NCBI RefSeq assembly: GCF_009914755.1
Contig: NC_060926.1
Direction: 5' to 3' (one strand)
Length of the DNA: 64,000 bases
Source: the human T2T-CHM13v2.0 reference genome, Homo sapiens
Positions 25,781 through 41,087 of this stretch are shown here, in pieces (position 1 is the first letter of the stretch; each line of letters begins with the position of its first letter). The position numbers were made by a program, and so were the translations under genes. The notes under the pieces are model-generated. The model had not been told where the DNA came from and ran no database searches. It saw only the letters and a list, made by a program, of their open reading frames with translations.

Positions 25781-26440
25781 TTCTACAGCAGGAATGCTTT
25801 GAACATCCATGTCATTTTAAGTAGTAATGTGATTTTGTAATATAGTTTCAAGCAATATCAACTGACTGTGATATTGTTATAACTAAAAAACACATGGTGG
25901 TCTAGACACCCATGCTGAATGGCTTTAGACAAATATTGTGGAAGATGTCTGTGTAGTTCATTGGCACATGTCAACCAGAATCAATTTACATCTTGCTCTC
26001 ACTGATATTATGCCCTATGTCAGGATACTAAGTGTCCTGAAGCATTCTGACCTGTGTTCTTGGAATGTGATACAACACCAGGTATTCAGTGTTCTGGGAA
26101 TAGTCAAGATCATCCAATTGGGCTTTTTTCTCAAAATGGTACTTCTTCTTGCAAAATATATGCTCTTCTCCTTGATGCTCTGCCAGCTGCTGGAAGCCTC
26201 TGCCGTGTTAGCAAGGCATGCCTGTTGAACTGACACACACACCCCTCATCTCCTAGAGCATGCCTTCCTGTGTTCCTCAGATCTAGGTGATCAGAACTCT
26301 AAGCATGCTCCTCAGAGAAACCATGTATAACATTGGGAGTTGCCTTTTAATTTCTATGATAAAAAGATGCAGTTTTGCTGGAAGGAGACTTGTCCTGAGA
26401 TTGTGTGTCAATTTGGCTAAGCCGAAAGGAACTATGAGAG

Positions 26441-26610
26441 GAGCGGTTCTTAATCTGGGATCTGTGCATATCTAAATTGACAGTGATTAGTTTCAAGGGA
26501 CCCTCAAATTCTCTGAAGTTACATGCCAGTTTATGAATAATATTTTGTACATATTCCTGGGGGAAAGGGTGAGTGAGAATTTTGTAACCCAATAAAATGA
26601 AAACTGACTG
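26441..26610. mobile_element. MER103C-like hAT-Charlie element
   Basis: agcggttcttaatctggga...ctgaagttacatgc...ttcctgggggaaaggg...tgtaacccaat...gactg. Confidence 0.6.
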
Positions 26611-28664
26611 AATTAAGGGATTCACTGTAAACCCTTCTTAAAGGGGTCATTTTTTAAATCCTCACATTATAGTTCCTATGTGACTGGTATTTTCTTCACA
26701 GAATAGCAATGCCTTCACAGAGATTATTTCATTCGTAAAAACTTATGAGAAGAAAATACCCATACAGTAGTTTATTGTGTGAAGGGTATCTTCAATATCA
26801 GAGTGAATTTAATAGTTTTCGCAAGAAACCTTATTATGGTCTAACTTTCAGCTCCACACAGCACAGTGTGTATATATATTTCCATTCTGGATGCTGCCTT
26901 TTGGTCTGCTTTTAAAGAGAACAAAACCTTCCCAGCATAGAAATCCCACAAAGCAGGTTGAATGGCATCAAACTCATCCTCCTCGCCCCCACCCATTGCA
27001 CCACAATGTGAAATACAGAACCTGGTTAAGCTTTAGAGACCAGACGTATGTGTTCACCCGTGCTACCTAAAGAAGGATTTACACATTCTGCTATCTTCCC
27101 AGCTTTGGAAAAATAACATCCTGTTCTCATCCGCAGAAAGTAGAGAGGGAGAGGAGGCACTCGTGAGAATAAGCAGACAACAACCTTCATCACAGCCAAA
27201 AGTACTATGCTGATCCCACCATAAATTATAGCAGCATAAAACCACAGGAAATCCAAAGGAAGTAAAATATTAATATTAAACCATAGCCACTCCACCATAT
27301 ATAATTTAGATAAATAATCCATTTTCTATATGTAGGATATTGGAATATAGCTGTTCGTCTGCCACTAGCAACAGTTGATATTTGAAAAGCATAGAGACTT
27401 TAGCTGCTGGTGGAGGGCAAATGTGTTTTATTCATTCTTATTCTTAACAGCCAAATGTCCTCAAATAAAATACTGATCAATGGCTAAAAATTTAAAGGCC
27501 GCTATATCTTTGTCTCATAATATGGATTTGTGGCCTAATCTAGCCCTTTCTTGACCTTTTTGCCTAATGGTGGGATATTAATAAGCGAAAGATGGTTACA
27601 TAAAACATCCTCTGCATGTGAAATTTTTTTTACATATGAGTAACTTCAGGTGGCTGAAGATGGAATGAGCTAACCTGAAAGTAACAAGCTGCTCACTGTC
27701 TTGGCCAAATTAGGCTTAATGCTGAAAGGCATTCTTACTTAAGAAGTCAAGAAGGCCGGGGGTCAAGCCGTCAGGCCACGGAGTGCAGCTGTTGGACCAC
27801 CTTTTGCAGTCTCCAAGGGAGCAAGCAAAGAAAATCCAGCAAAGAAAATATCTCAAAGAATCAACAGGGAGAGTAAAACAAAAATAACCAGATGTCCCAG
27901 AAGACTCTGTTGGTATTATGAAGAAGGCTAGAGCAGGACTAACAGGGTTTGGCTTTTATCAACCTTACTAATAAAAGTCACTTGGCTCTCCATCGAGAAG
28001 AGCAGTTGGTACAATATGGAAAGGTTTTAAAGACCATTAATTTCTTGAAATGAAACAGCTGGCCTTATTGGCTATTAAATAATGAGCCAGATTCTCCCCA
28101 GTGCCTAAGTCACTCTCTGGCAGTAAATTAGGCATTTAGGGAGGCACATTAACTCTTTAAGAAGATTAGAGTTCGATTTAGTGCACTTTATGCATAGGAA
28201 GAAAGTTACAGGGAATCTGGCTGAAGCTGGGCAGAGAAAAGATGGAGACAAGGTAGACTCAGATGAAAGAAACTAAACACATGATTTGTGTTAACTGGGC
28301 AGCTCAGGTGAGCATGGGAAATTGGAGCAGTCGAGCTGTGGAGTTATTTTGTTTATTGTTCTGAAGTTCTATGAGCATGAAGGTAGAGAGTTGAGTCTTC
28401 ATTTATTGATTCATTCATTCAGTAAACTTTTACATAAATACTACTATATAGCCAGCACTGAGGAAGTATTCTTCCATAAAACACAGTTCTTATCTCTAGG
28501 GATTTTCAGTCTCTGGTACCTTGGGAAGAGAGTAGAAGAATGACAAATTATAGATTATTTCAGTCAAGTAGAATAAGTGCTAAAATTTTATATGCATAAA
28601 TGGAATTTGAAGAAGTGGCAAGATGTGTAGCACTTTATACAACACGCTAGGGACTTTGACTCTA

Positions 28665-29541
<877 letters not shown>

Positions 29542-31397
29542 GTGGGGAAGGGCAGGAAGGGAAGAGAGGCCTGTGAAGGAGCTGAGCTGACCTGTTTGAT
29601 GCCTGATTAGATGTGGGCATCAAGAGAAAGACTGGTGCCAGAGAAAACTCTGGAGCCAGGCTGGAACAACTGGGTGGCTGGAGGTGCCATTCTCCTCATA
29701 GATGAGGAAGGATGGGTGTAAGGCTGGGTGGAAAGGCAGAGTGGTGACAATTCTGGGCTCCAGAGCATGGTTCCAATGGATGGCACATAGAGAACTCAAA
29801 GTCATCCATGGCAACCACCTCATGAGATTTGAAAAGTATGTATGAAAAGGAAACTGAGATTTTAAGACTACATAATTCCTAGAATTTAAACTGAATCCTT
29901 GGAAGAGTATTTTGCTTTGTTTGATTTTTGTGCCAAAGGAAAAGATTTCAAAGATGCAGGTGCCTCCAAACTGAGGTTCTATCATTGATCACCATCAAGA
30001 GTATTAAATTGATGGGAAACAAACTGGAAATAGTCATCTCTTTAAAAAGCCAACTTTTTTTTACAAGGAATATCTATAGTTAATAAAACATCGATCATTG
30101 ATATGAATATCAGGAAATTTATACTCTTTGTGAGAAGTAGAAAACTGCACAGGTTGCAGACTAGACAAGTTAACAGTTCTTTCTCTGTCGGCACTTAAAA
30201 TCCATACCGTGGCTTCTCTCTATGGTATGGAGTGAAACGTGCCAACAAATTGACTTAGATGATGTCAGTATCTGAAAATATGGAAGAAATTATATATTGG
30301 AGGAAAAAGAAGAAATCCTTATATATTAAAAGGTGTTGACAGCTTCACCGCAGAATAGCAAAAATGTCCTTAAAGATAAAACACTTATTTCAAAATTTTA
30401 GAAACCACAATTACAGTTTTATATACTATGTGCAGCAAAAGTCATTTTTAGAAAGAACATTGAAATCAAAGTTTACTAAACCAGTAACCTTGTGGCAACT
30501 TCCTGGTGAGAACCTCATTCTTCAGGAATGTGAAAAGCATAAAATTAAAAGAGTCGAAAGTTTGTAGATTGCCTAAACATAATTTACCACAGGCAGACAA
30601 CGAACAAGACAAAACATGTCACTTAATATTATTTGCAAGTCAAGATGTCATCCTGGTGCCAGTTGCATCATGGTTTCAGGAAGAGATTTCCAGGTAGATG
30701 GCCATGAACTATGCCATCTATGCTACGCCATCTGTGTGGCTATGCCCATGTAAGCATTGTTATCCACGGGCTGCAGCTGGACGTGTTTGTTAACAGGTTT
30801 CCACCATACACCATAGTGACAATGGCTCCTCTAGAATAATTCCGGAAAGATCTATACCAACAGCGCTTGTTTGTGTCATTTCTAGCAGTAAAACCCCCGT
30901 TTTCTAGCATTTACAGGAATCAATAAAGACTCACTGACTTAGCACTCCAGTGGGGGGGCAACTTCACTTCATTGTAACATGCTGCCTGAACATTTAGCAG
31001 GAGACAAAGCCCTTCCCTTCACAGTTAAAGAGTTCAAAAATGAGAATTCCTGGGCTAAGATGCATGTGAGAATATCTTATTCTTTTCTGTGTTGACAAGG
31101 AGATGGGGAAAGAAGGTAAGGAGACATGGGGACTTATAGAAGCTGCAATGGGGAAGTCACTGAGGAGTAAAAAAAAAAAAAAAAAAAGAAAGAAAGAAAG
31201 AAGTCATACCAAAGACAGAATTTACAGACTAGAAGCCTACAAGCTGTGGCTTCATCTGTCCTCCACAGAAAGGTTCATCGTATCCTTTGTCAGGGACCCA
31301 TCTCATAAGCTCCCTTACTGGATGAGGAGAGAAAGCCATTGCTCTAGCAAAGCAAGGCATGATCCACATCAAGATACATTATATACACATTTAAATA

Positions 31398-31398
<1 letters not shown>

Positions 31399-31430
<32 letters not shown>

Positions 31431-31532
31431 GCGTACACTATATATAAAAATATATTTTCATGTAAGGTATATATATATTATACACACACATATATATCAT
31501 ATATATACAATATAGATAGATACACATACACA
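31399..31532. repeat. (AC)n followed by a TA/CA-rich tract
   Basis: Seen directly, next to the L1MC tail. Confidence 0.9.
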
Positions 31533-31534
31533 CT

Positions 31535-33638
31535 GTTTTTAGTGCAGTTTCAGGTTCACACCAAATTTTAGAGGAAGGTACACAGATTTCTCATAAACCT
31601 GCCACCTCAACACATGCGTAACTTCCCTCATTACCAACATTCCCAACTGCAGTGGTAAAACTGTTACATCTGATGACCCTGCATTGACACATCATAATCA
31701 CCCAAAGCCCATAGTTTACATTAGCGCTCTCTCGGTGTTGTTCATTCTGTGGGTTTGGACAAGTGTATAATGACATGTATGTATCATTATAGTATCATGC
31801 AAAGTGTTTTTACTGCCCTAAAAATCTTAAGTGCTCTTCCTAGTCATACCCCACTCCACACCATTACCCCTAGCTACTATTGATCTTTTTGCTGTCTTCA
31901 TAGTTCTAACTTTTAGTATGTCATATGCTTGGAATCACACAGTATGTAGCCTTTTCAGATTGGCTTCTTTCACTTTATAATATGCATTTAAGTTTCCTCC
32001 ATGCTTTTTCATGGCTTGATAGCTCATTTCTTTCTAAGGCTGAATAATATTCCAGTGTTTGGTTGTGGCACAGTTGATTCATTCACCTACTAAAGGACAT
32101 CTTGGTTGCCTCCAGGTTTTGACCATTATGAATAAAGATGCTGTAAACGTGTATGGGCAGGTTTTCTTGTGGACATAAGTTTTCAGCTCTTTTGGGTAAA
32201 TACCAAGGAACATGATTGCTGGATCAAGTGGCGAGACAATGTTTAGTTTTGCAGGAAAGCACCAAACTATCTTCCAAAGTGGCTGTACCATTTTGAATTC
32301 CCACAAGCAATGAGTGAGAGTTCCTGTTGCTCCACATCCTTGTCAGCATTTGGTGTTGTCAGTATTTCTAATTGTGGCCATCCTAATAGGTATGTAGTAG
32401 TATTTCATTGTTGTTTTAATTTGCATTTCCTTGATGACGTATGATGCAGAGTATCTTTTCATATACTGATTTGCCATGTGTATATCTTCTTTGATGAGGT
32501 GTCTGTTAAGGTCTTTGGCCCATTTTGTAATTGAGTTTGTTTTCTTACTGTTGAGTTTTCACATTCTATGGATATTTTGATAACAGTCCTTTAACAGATG
32601 TGTCTTTTGCAAATATTTTCTGCCAATTGGTGGCTTTTTTTTTTTTCATGGATTGTGACTTTGATGTATCTAAAAAGTCATCACCATGCCCAAGGTCATC
32701 TAGGTTTTCTCCTATTTTATCTTCTAGGAGTTTTATGGTTTCACATTTTAAATTTAGATCTGTGAGTCATTTTGAGTTAATTTTTGTGAAGGGCATAAGG
32801 TCTGTGTCTAGATTCATTTTTTGCATGTGGATGTCCAGTTGTTCCAGCATCCTTTGTTGAAAAGACGATCTCTTCTCCATTGTATTGCCTTTGGTGCTTT
32901 GTCAAAGGTCAGTTGACTATGCTAAAATGGGTCTACTTCCGGACTTCCTATTCTGTTCCATTGATCTCTTTGTCTATTCTTTCACCAATACCACAGTGTC
33001 ATGATTAGTGTAGCTTTATAGTAAATCTTAAAGTTGGCTATTATCGGTTCTCTAAGTTTATTCTTCTCCTTCAATATTTGGTTTACTCTTCTTGGTCTTT
33101 TCCCTCTGCATATAAACTTTAGAATCAGTTTGTAAATATCCAAAAAAGACTTTCTCTGTTTTTGATTGGGATTGCATTGAATCTGTAGATCAAGTTGGGA
33201 AGAACTGACATCTTGAGAGTATTGAGTCTTCCATCCATAAACATGGAATGTCTCTCCATTTATTTAGGTCTTCTTTGATTTCTTTCATCAGAATTTCGTA
33301 ATTTTCCTTAGATGTTATAAATATTTTGTTAGCTTTATACCTAAGTATTTCATTTTTGAGGGGGGCTTATATAAATGGTATTGTGTTTCTAATTTTAATT
33401 GCACTTGTTCATTACCAGTGTATACGAAAATGATTGACTTTTGTATATTAATTTTGTCTTCTGCAACCTTGCTATAATTGCTTATTAATTCCAGGAGGGT
33501 TTTTTGTGTGTGTGTCAGTTCTTTCAGATTTTCTACCTAGATGATCATGTCACCTGCAAATGAAGACAGCTTTTTTTTCTTTCCAATCTGTATACCTTCT
33601 ATTTCTTTTTCTTGTCTTAGTGCATTAACTAGGACTTG
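31535..33638 (-). mobile_element. L1MC1/2-like 3' fragment (about 2.1 kb)
   Basis: Reverse-complement homolog of 4950-6272; remnant peptide MVQPLWKIVW...DPAIMFLGIYPKELK is the L1 ORF2 C-terminus. Confidence 0.9.
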
Positions 33639-36600
33639 AGTATATTTTTTAGTATCCTGTTTGCTGTTTCAAAAACCAACCAAATGAAAACAATGTCCAT
33701 CAGGGCCAAGAGAAGCAAGTGCTTGAGGAAAATATTTTCCTTCATTTTTTAACCTTAAAAGTGTGGTAGGAAATGGGAAAATACTTTAAATAATTCAGAG
33801 GATTTGATGCACTGCGGGTGATAGGTGAATTATAAAAGAGAAAGCAAATGTACATGGATTTTATATTCAAATCCCATATGGGCCAAACTACAGAACAAAA
33901 AATAAAAAGCAAAGACTGAAAGAGTACATGGGTAACATGTATTTAACTATTTCTCAAGGATAGCTTAAAAATGAATTACGCTTGGCAATGTTTTTTTCTT
34001 TTCCTGTGATGACAAAGACAGTAGGAATATTTTTTTAAAGGGATCTTCACTTAGGTTAACAGTGTCTCCAAGAGTGCTCAAGTCTCCCTGCTCTCATCAG
34101 ATGGTTCAATGCAGTTGGTTTTTAAAGCTACCAAAGTAACTTCCTGAGTATTTGGCCTGTCTTGTGGATTGATTCAGAACTACCCATTGCTTTCCAAAGA
34201 AAGTTGTTTCCGTATTTTATGAACTCTTCTATAACATTTATTTCTGGAACATTGATAAGAATACTGCTGATGGAAAGCAGTTTAGGCTGCAGGCATATAC
34301 CTAATTTTTCTGCTTTGTTGGAGTAAATATGGAGCTCGCCTCACTGGATTGGCTCTGTATCAGTGTGTATCCACTCTTTAGCTACTTGTAGCCTGTCTCT
34401 CACCAGGGATATTCACAAGGGCCCTGCTCATTGGCCCCTGAGCAACTACTCTTCCACTGATAAGCTGCAACATCTGCCCCAGGAATTGATTTCCCCACAG
34501 ACTCCACTCCTCTCACTATCCTCTCTTTACATTGACAGTGTTACGAGTGCATTAGATCAGGTAAGCTTCTGTGTGTCAATTCCAAATAACAATGTGGTAA
34601 CTAGAGTTTCATTAATATCATGTCATCCAAAGCAAGAGGTTTATATCCCTTGTCAATACCATGACCATGCACATTTAAAGAACAAGATCCCCCCCAAAAA
34701 AGAAAGACCGTTCTCTTGCACATGTTTGTGACATTTAAGAAGTTACGACAGACACATCTATAACCCTACAATCACCTTGGCACCTGTACAGAAAGCTATA
34801 GTTAAATTATTGGCGAAGTACACAAGCAAATGAAGGTATATCTACTATGAAACATAAATAAAACATGTATCCTTACAAGATAAAGTAATATAAGCCAGAA
34901 TCATAAGAATGAATGATAAAAATAGAATCATGAGAAAAAATGGTATCAAGGTATTGGTGGTGTCAAAATGGACTGGCCCAAAGCCAACCTTTCAAGCTGA
35001 CCATGATATATCCAGATTTTGCTATCACATAATAATTAGTGATTTAACTGTATGAAGTCAAAATCTATGTCATTATTATATAGATTCTTGCACTGACACA
35101 TCACGTCAAATTATCTTACTTTTTCTGTTTTTTAAATGAATTTTAAACTCATCTTCCCAATCAGAAAAAAATAAGCTTTTCCCAACCAGAAAGAATAAGG
35201 TAAGGGCCGTCTCTTAACCTTTTCTGCATTCTGCATTCTCTGCAGTACCTAGCTAGATAGTAGGTATTTGGTAAATATTTGCTTTCAAAAAATGATTATA
35301 ATGAGCTGTTTTAATAAAGTGTATCCATTGTAAGAACACACGTAACATAATGAACAAATAATTAGCAAAACGTAAAAATGTAAATATTCCCATAAAACAG
35401 CTTTTTGAAGCTGTAAGAAAATATATTTCTCTTCCTAGCATTCTAATTGTTTATTTTTGTGGGCCCTGAAGTCTCTTTTCAAAAAAGAAATGAGAACGGT
35501 TGAGCATCTGGATTTTGGGAATCAAAATGGTCGGGGGTGGAGGTGAGGAATGTCCGAGTTAAAGAATTAATAGAAAACCCTGAGTGGCCCATTTAAGGAA
35601 GAAAAAAGGCTATTGTGGCATCATCAGCTTTTCCTGGCTCTCTCATCCTCATCCTCATCCTCAGAGATGAGGTCTCCCCTGTGACCCAGAGGTACCTTTC
35701 CAGTATCAGTTTGAGAATTCTAATAAACAAGCTGAAGGAGCAGAGTCCCCAAAGGGGTGTCTGTGCCGACAGGGAAGGCAGCTGCGGTTATGAACCAGCA
35801 CACACCAGAGGCCGGCAAGCTATTGGGACTTTGTGTGAGTGGGTGACAGTTTTAATTTCACTCCCCAGCAGACGTGGTATCCAGCCAGCAGTACTTCAAA
35901 CCAATTTTGCAAATCACATTTTGTGGCTGAAAATTGGTTTACTGCACTCGTCCCATTTTGGAGGCCAACCTTGCCTGATTTAAGGTGGCGCCTTTGTTGA
36001 GGGGGGACAGTTAAAGGATTCCCTTTTCTCTAATTGAAACGACAGCATATTCTTTCACAGATTAATTTCAACTACCCATGTTTATATCCTTTAATCAGGA
36101 TTATAAAAACAGCACAGATAATTTTCTGCACTATTCTTTTTTAATTTTTGAGGGAGTAATAATAGCCAGTTGGCTCTTGACACGTATTGCCTTATATAGC
36201 AGTTTTATTCCAAGCACCCTACCTTGGACTGTGTATCATTGTATTCTTAATTATTTTTAAACTTGATTTTTTCTCATATTTAAGTAACGGGGGAATAAAG
36301 TCTAAGTCATAGATTTCACTGACATTCCTTCTGTGAACTTAAAGATGATACTTGCATAAAGAGATTTGTCCCTTGGATTATATCTCACACTGAAATAAGG
36401 GCCTTCTTACTGGAAGAAATATTTCTTAAAAATGAGTACTTGCAAGAAGTGTTCATCTGTGAACTTTTACCAATTAGAAATGGCTCCATACTTAAGACTC
36501 TTTAATAATGTCTCTTAAGCAGCATTTTAGCTCATTTTTATAACACATTCAGGTTTGGTGATTTATATTAAACATTAAATGTAATAAATTTAGGTCTTTT

Positions 36601-37396
36601 TTCAAGTATGACGCACAGCATCTCTGAATCACCCATTTCAGCAGAGGGCCCCTGGAAGGTCCAATCTCTCGCTATCATTCATGCTTATAATAAAACGGGC
36701 TTCTCCAGTCTCTTCCTTGACATCGGTAATAATGGGAATGACATGTGAGTGGTGACACTGTAACAGGAGGGCATGTTGATATTGCTTCATGGCTGGGACT
36801 GAGTGTCCATGACCGGAGGGTGGGCTGAGAACACACATCAACAACTTGCTGTCTCAAATCTGCACCAAAAGCTATACTAATGCCTATTTTTTAACTATAC
36901 AAAAATTCAAGGAGTAAGTTTCAGTGCCTTAAAAAAGGTGGCTTTGTATGTCTTACTCTATATGACTGCAGGTTTTAAAAGAATTAATCACGAAGAATTG
37001 AACTTGGAAACATGAATGGATCTCTTAATGATAGTCATATAAGAGAGATTTTAAATCTTCCTCTGTTTCAACCATTCTACCAATGGTTGCTGCATTCTTC
37101 ACTTGGTGAGTCATGAGAAGGCACGAGACACTAAAATGCCTTGGAAAAAAAGCTGCTCTCCTTGATGAAACAATAATTAGAATAGCCTTCTTTAGAACTA
37201 TCATGAGAAATTTCACTATAAATTATTCTATTTCATAGTGACAGTGACTTACAATATAAAGTAAGTTTTGACTGCAATCTGAGTATAAAATACCAGGATA
37301 CTTTTGGGAATATGTATCTTTAATTCAGAAAATGCTCACATTTCAAGTATTTGAATAAGATTAAGCATTAACTAATGCTTTCATTAAGATACCTAA

Positions 37397-38086
37397 GCAT
37401 TTATACCCAAAAGAAAGGGAATTGGTATATCAAAGAGATATCTGCCCTCCCACGTTTATTCCAGCACTGTTCACAATAGCCAAGATTTGGAATCTACCTA
37501 AGTGTCTATCAACAAATAAATGGATAAAGAGAATGTGGGGTGGGGAGATATATATAGATATATATAGATATAGATAGATATAGATAGATATAGATAGATA
37601 TAGATAGATAGATATAGATATATAGATAGATATAGATAGATAGATAGATCCTGTCATTTATATCCCTGTCATATACGTGTGTGTGTGTACGTGTGTGTAC
37701 GTGTGTATGTATGTATATATAAATATATATAAAAGTATATATAAATATATATAAATATATATAAATATATATGACAGGATCTTATTCTTTTTATGGCTGA
37801 ATATTCCACATGGTGCACAAGGATGCAGAAACATAGAATAAATAAGATCTAGTATGTGACAGCACAACAGGGTAACTACAGCCAATAATTTAGTATATAT
37901 TTTTAAATAACTAAAACAGTGGAATCGGAATGTTCCTAACACAAAGGAATGATAAATGCTTGAGGTGGTGGATACCTCAATTACCCTGATACGATCATTA
38001 CACATTGTATGTCTGTATCCAAACATCACATGTACCCTATAAATAGATACATCTACTAGTAAAAACTAAAAATCAAAATTTTTAAA
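37397..38086 (+). mobile_element. L1MA2/3-like truncated element, internally rearranged
   Basis: cccaaaagaaagggaattggtatatcaaagagatatctgc...aataagatctagtat...acatcacatgtaccctataaat; TSD aagatacctaa at 37386-37396 and 38087-38097. Confidence 0.85.
37546..37770. repeat. (TAGA/TA)n and (TG/TA)n microsatellites inside the L1MA
   Basis: Seen directly. Confidence 0.9.
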
Positions 38087-39693
38087 AAGATACCTAAATC
38101 ATCTAAAAACTGTAATTATTTTCTTAGAATAAAAAGATGGTGGAAGTAGGCATAACTCCAATTTTCAGGCACATGAAGGTTATTGCCTCTGTGGCAACGT
38201 TTGTGGATGGGTTTGGAGATGGTCCACAGAGCCTGGCAGCAGCTTGGTTCCCTTGGTTCCCAGATGGGGAGCCTGGTCCTGCTGTCTTCATTTCTGGTTG
38301 ACACTTGGAAATGACTAGATGAGGAGTCATGCATTAGCCAACCCAAATCCATCCCTCATGCAATCAGTTCTCAATCTCAAATGGGCAGTTTCTACTGGCC
38401 TAGAACTTGGGGTACCTTTCCTGTAGAAATGATGCACTATGCAGTGAGCAGGTTGCAAGGCTTGCACAAATCTACTTAGCTCATGTAAGTGAAGTACCGT
38501 CCATGTGAAAATCATCTTAAAAATATGGTTGCTGTGGGACATCGGCTAACACACCTGCCCTGGTGTGGGCATTCTCTACAGTTAATAGACTCTGGATAAT
38601 TCCTATCGTCTTGCCTTTACGTACTAGAGTCTCATAAAAAATGAGAAATAACGAACGGAAACAGAATGAAGAAACATTGCTTTTAAGAATACCATTACAA
38701 TGCTGGTAATTAAAGCAGAAAAAAATAAAATTAAGTAATCATGTTTCATCTATTTTAATAATTGTGCTTGAGAAAAAGCAGGTTCAATCAGAGAAGGATG
38801 AGGAAGTAGCTGGAAGCTGTGTTTGAGGTTCTCAAGGAGGCATCTGGCCACTCTCCATGTTTGATGACTTTGATTCCTTTGGGAATTTTTTTTAAATTCT
38901 CTAGACTAGATTATTGCCTTTTCCTCAAATATTTTTGGCAGTGAAACACAGAACAAATGGAACCAAGAGCAACAAGGAAGGTTATTGTTTTTTTTTTTTT
39001 TCCTACGTGTCTAGGGAAGAGTGAGAGAGGCAGGGAAAGGAGATTGGGAGCTAGTAAAGGAAGTGGCATTGCCTCCGATAAAAGTAACTGAGGAGTTTAT
39101 TAGTGACACTTATAGGGAAGTGGCCTGCTCAATTCCCTTGCCAACTGATGCAGGTGAGGGAAAAAAAAGAAGGGATGAGGAAGAGATATCTGAGCCTACA
39201 GTTCCCTGTGACAGCTGGGGAAAAGGGCACCGAATTCAGGACAGCTCGGTCATTGAACTGGCCATTCTCAGAGTAGCAGGGAATGGGTGCTTATGGCAGG
39301 TGGGGGGAAGGGTGTAAATATATAACCTAATTGTATAGAAATATAAGTTAATTGTTACAAAAGTGTATGGAATTGGTTGTTCTTGATTTAGGGAGATTCA
39401 GGTTGTTCTTGATCCAGGACAGAAAATGTGCAATACATGCTCTCCGTGGATTCTTTTGTGAAATGAAAATTAGAGCATAGCAAGTGGTTTTGAGTCTTCA
39501 TTTAACAAGTACGCAGGCACTGCCTGTGTTATCAGCTTGAAAGTCTGCTAAGAATGGATGGGAGAAACAGAGCAGTTCACATTTGCTCTTTGAACTCAGA
39601 GAACTGATCTGAGTGCATGGCAATGATGATGGAAGGAATTAGGAAACGCTGGAAATCATATGCAAAGAAATTAGTCATCTCTCTCCTCCTAAG

Positions 39694-39696
<3 letters not shown>

Positions 39697-39736
<40 letters not shown>

Positions 39737-39762
39737 CACGCGCGTGTGAGAGAGAGAGAGAG
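39697..39762. repeat. Compound (TG)17-(CG-rich)-(AG)7 microsatellite
   Basis: Seen directly. Confidence 0.95.
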
Positions 39763-39837
39763 ATGCACATACTACTCTGGATTGCCTTGAGAATAGACAT
39801 CATGATGGTGGTGGTGGTGATGAAGAGGATGAAAGCA

Positions 39838-39965
39838 GCTGATAGTCATTGACTGCTCATTGTGTGCTAGGCGCTGTTCTAAGCATGTTATGTGTATTCA
39901 CTCATTTAATCCTCACCACATCCCTATTATGTTGGTTCCATTATTTATCTATTTCACAGTTGAAG
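39838..39965 (-). mobile_element. MIR fragment
   Basis: tgtgctaggcgctgttctaagc...ctcatttaatcctcaccaca. Confidence 0.75.
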
Positions 39966-40456
39966 AGTTTCTTACCAAATTTTAATCCAATAGTCCCAAA
40001 TGCAACCAAAATGAATCATACCTTTTGTAAAATGATCTTAAAACCATACTCATTTGGACGAATTGGAACAACCATTTTGATACATAGCAAAAGATGCTAC
40101 GGAGGTCTGCCACAATCTTTAATCTATTTCCTTTTCCTGTCTTACATCCCCCTCTTCCACCTCACCTCCAGTTCTACTGGCCTATCTTCTAACTCTGTCT
40201 ACACAACCTGTGCCTGTCACTTCCAAACTGCCCCTCATAAATTGTAAAACAGAAAGGAAGGGGAGGATTTTACACATTCTCCTTCATTTTGCTGGGAATT
40301 TATAAAGAGCCATGTTACCCATGATAACTCTAAGACACTACAGGGCATTTTCAAATATTTTATCTTGGAAACTTGATTTTCGAAGTATTTAGGAAAATGC
40401 TTCAAAGTCAAAAATTACAAGCAGTTAATCACAATTGGAAATAATTCTTTGTAGAT

Positions 40457-41087
<631 letters not shown>

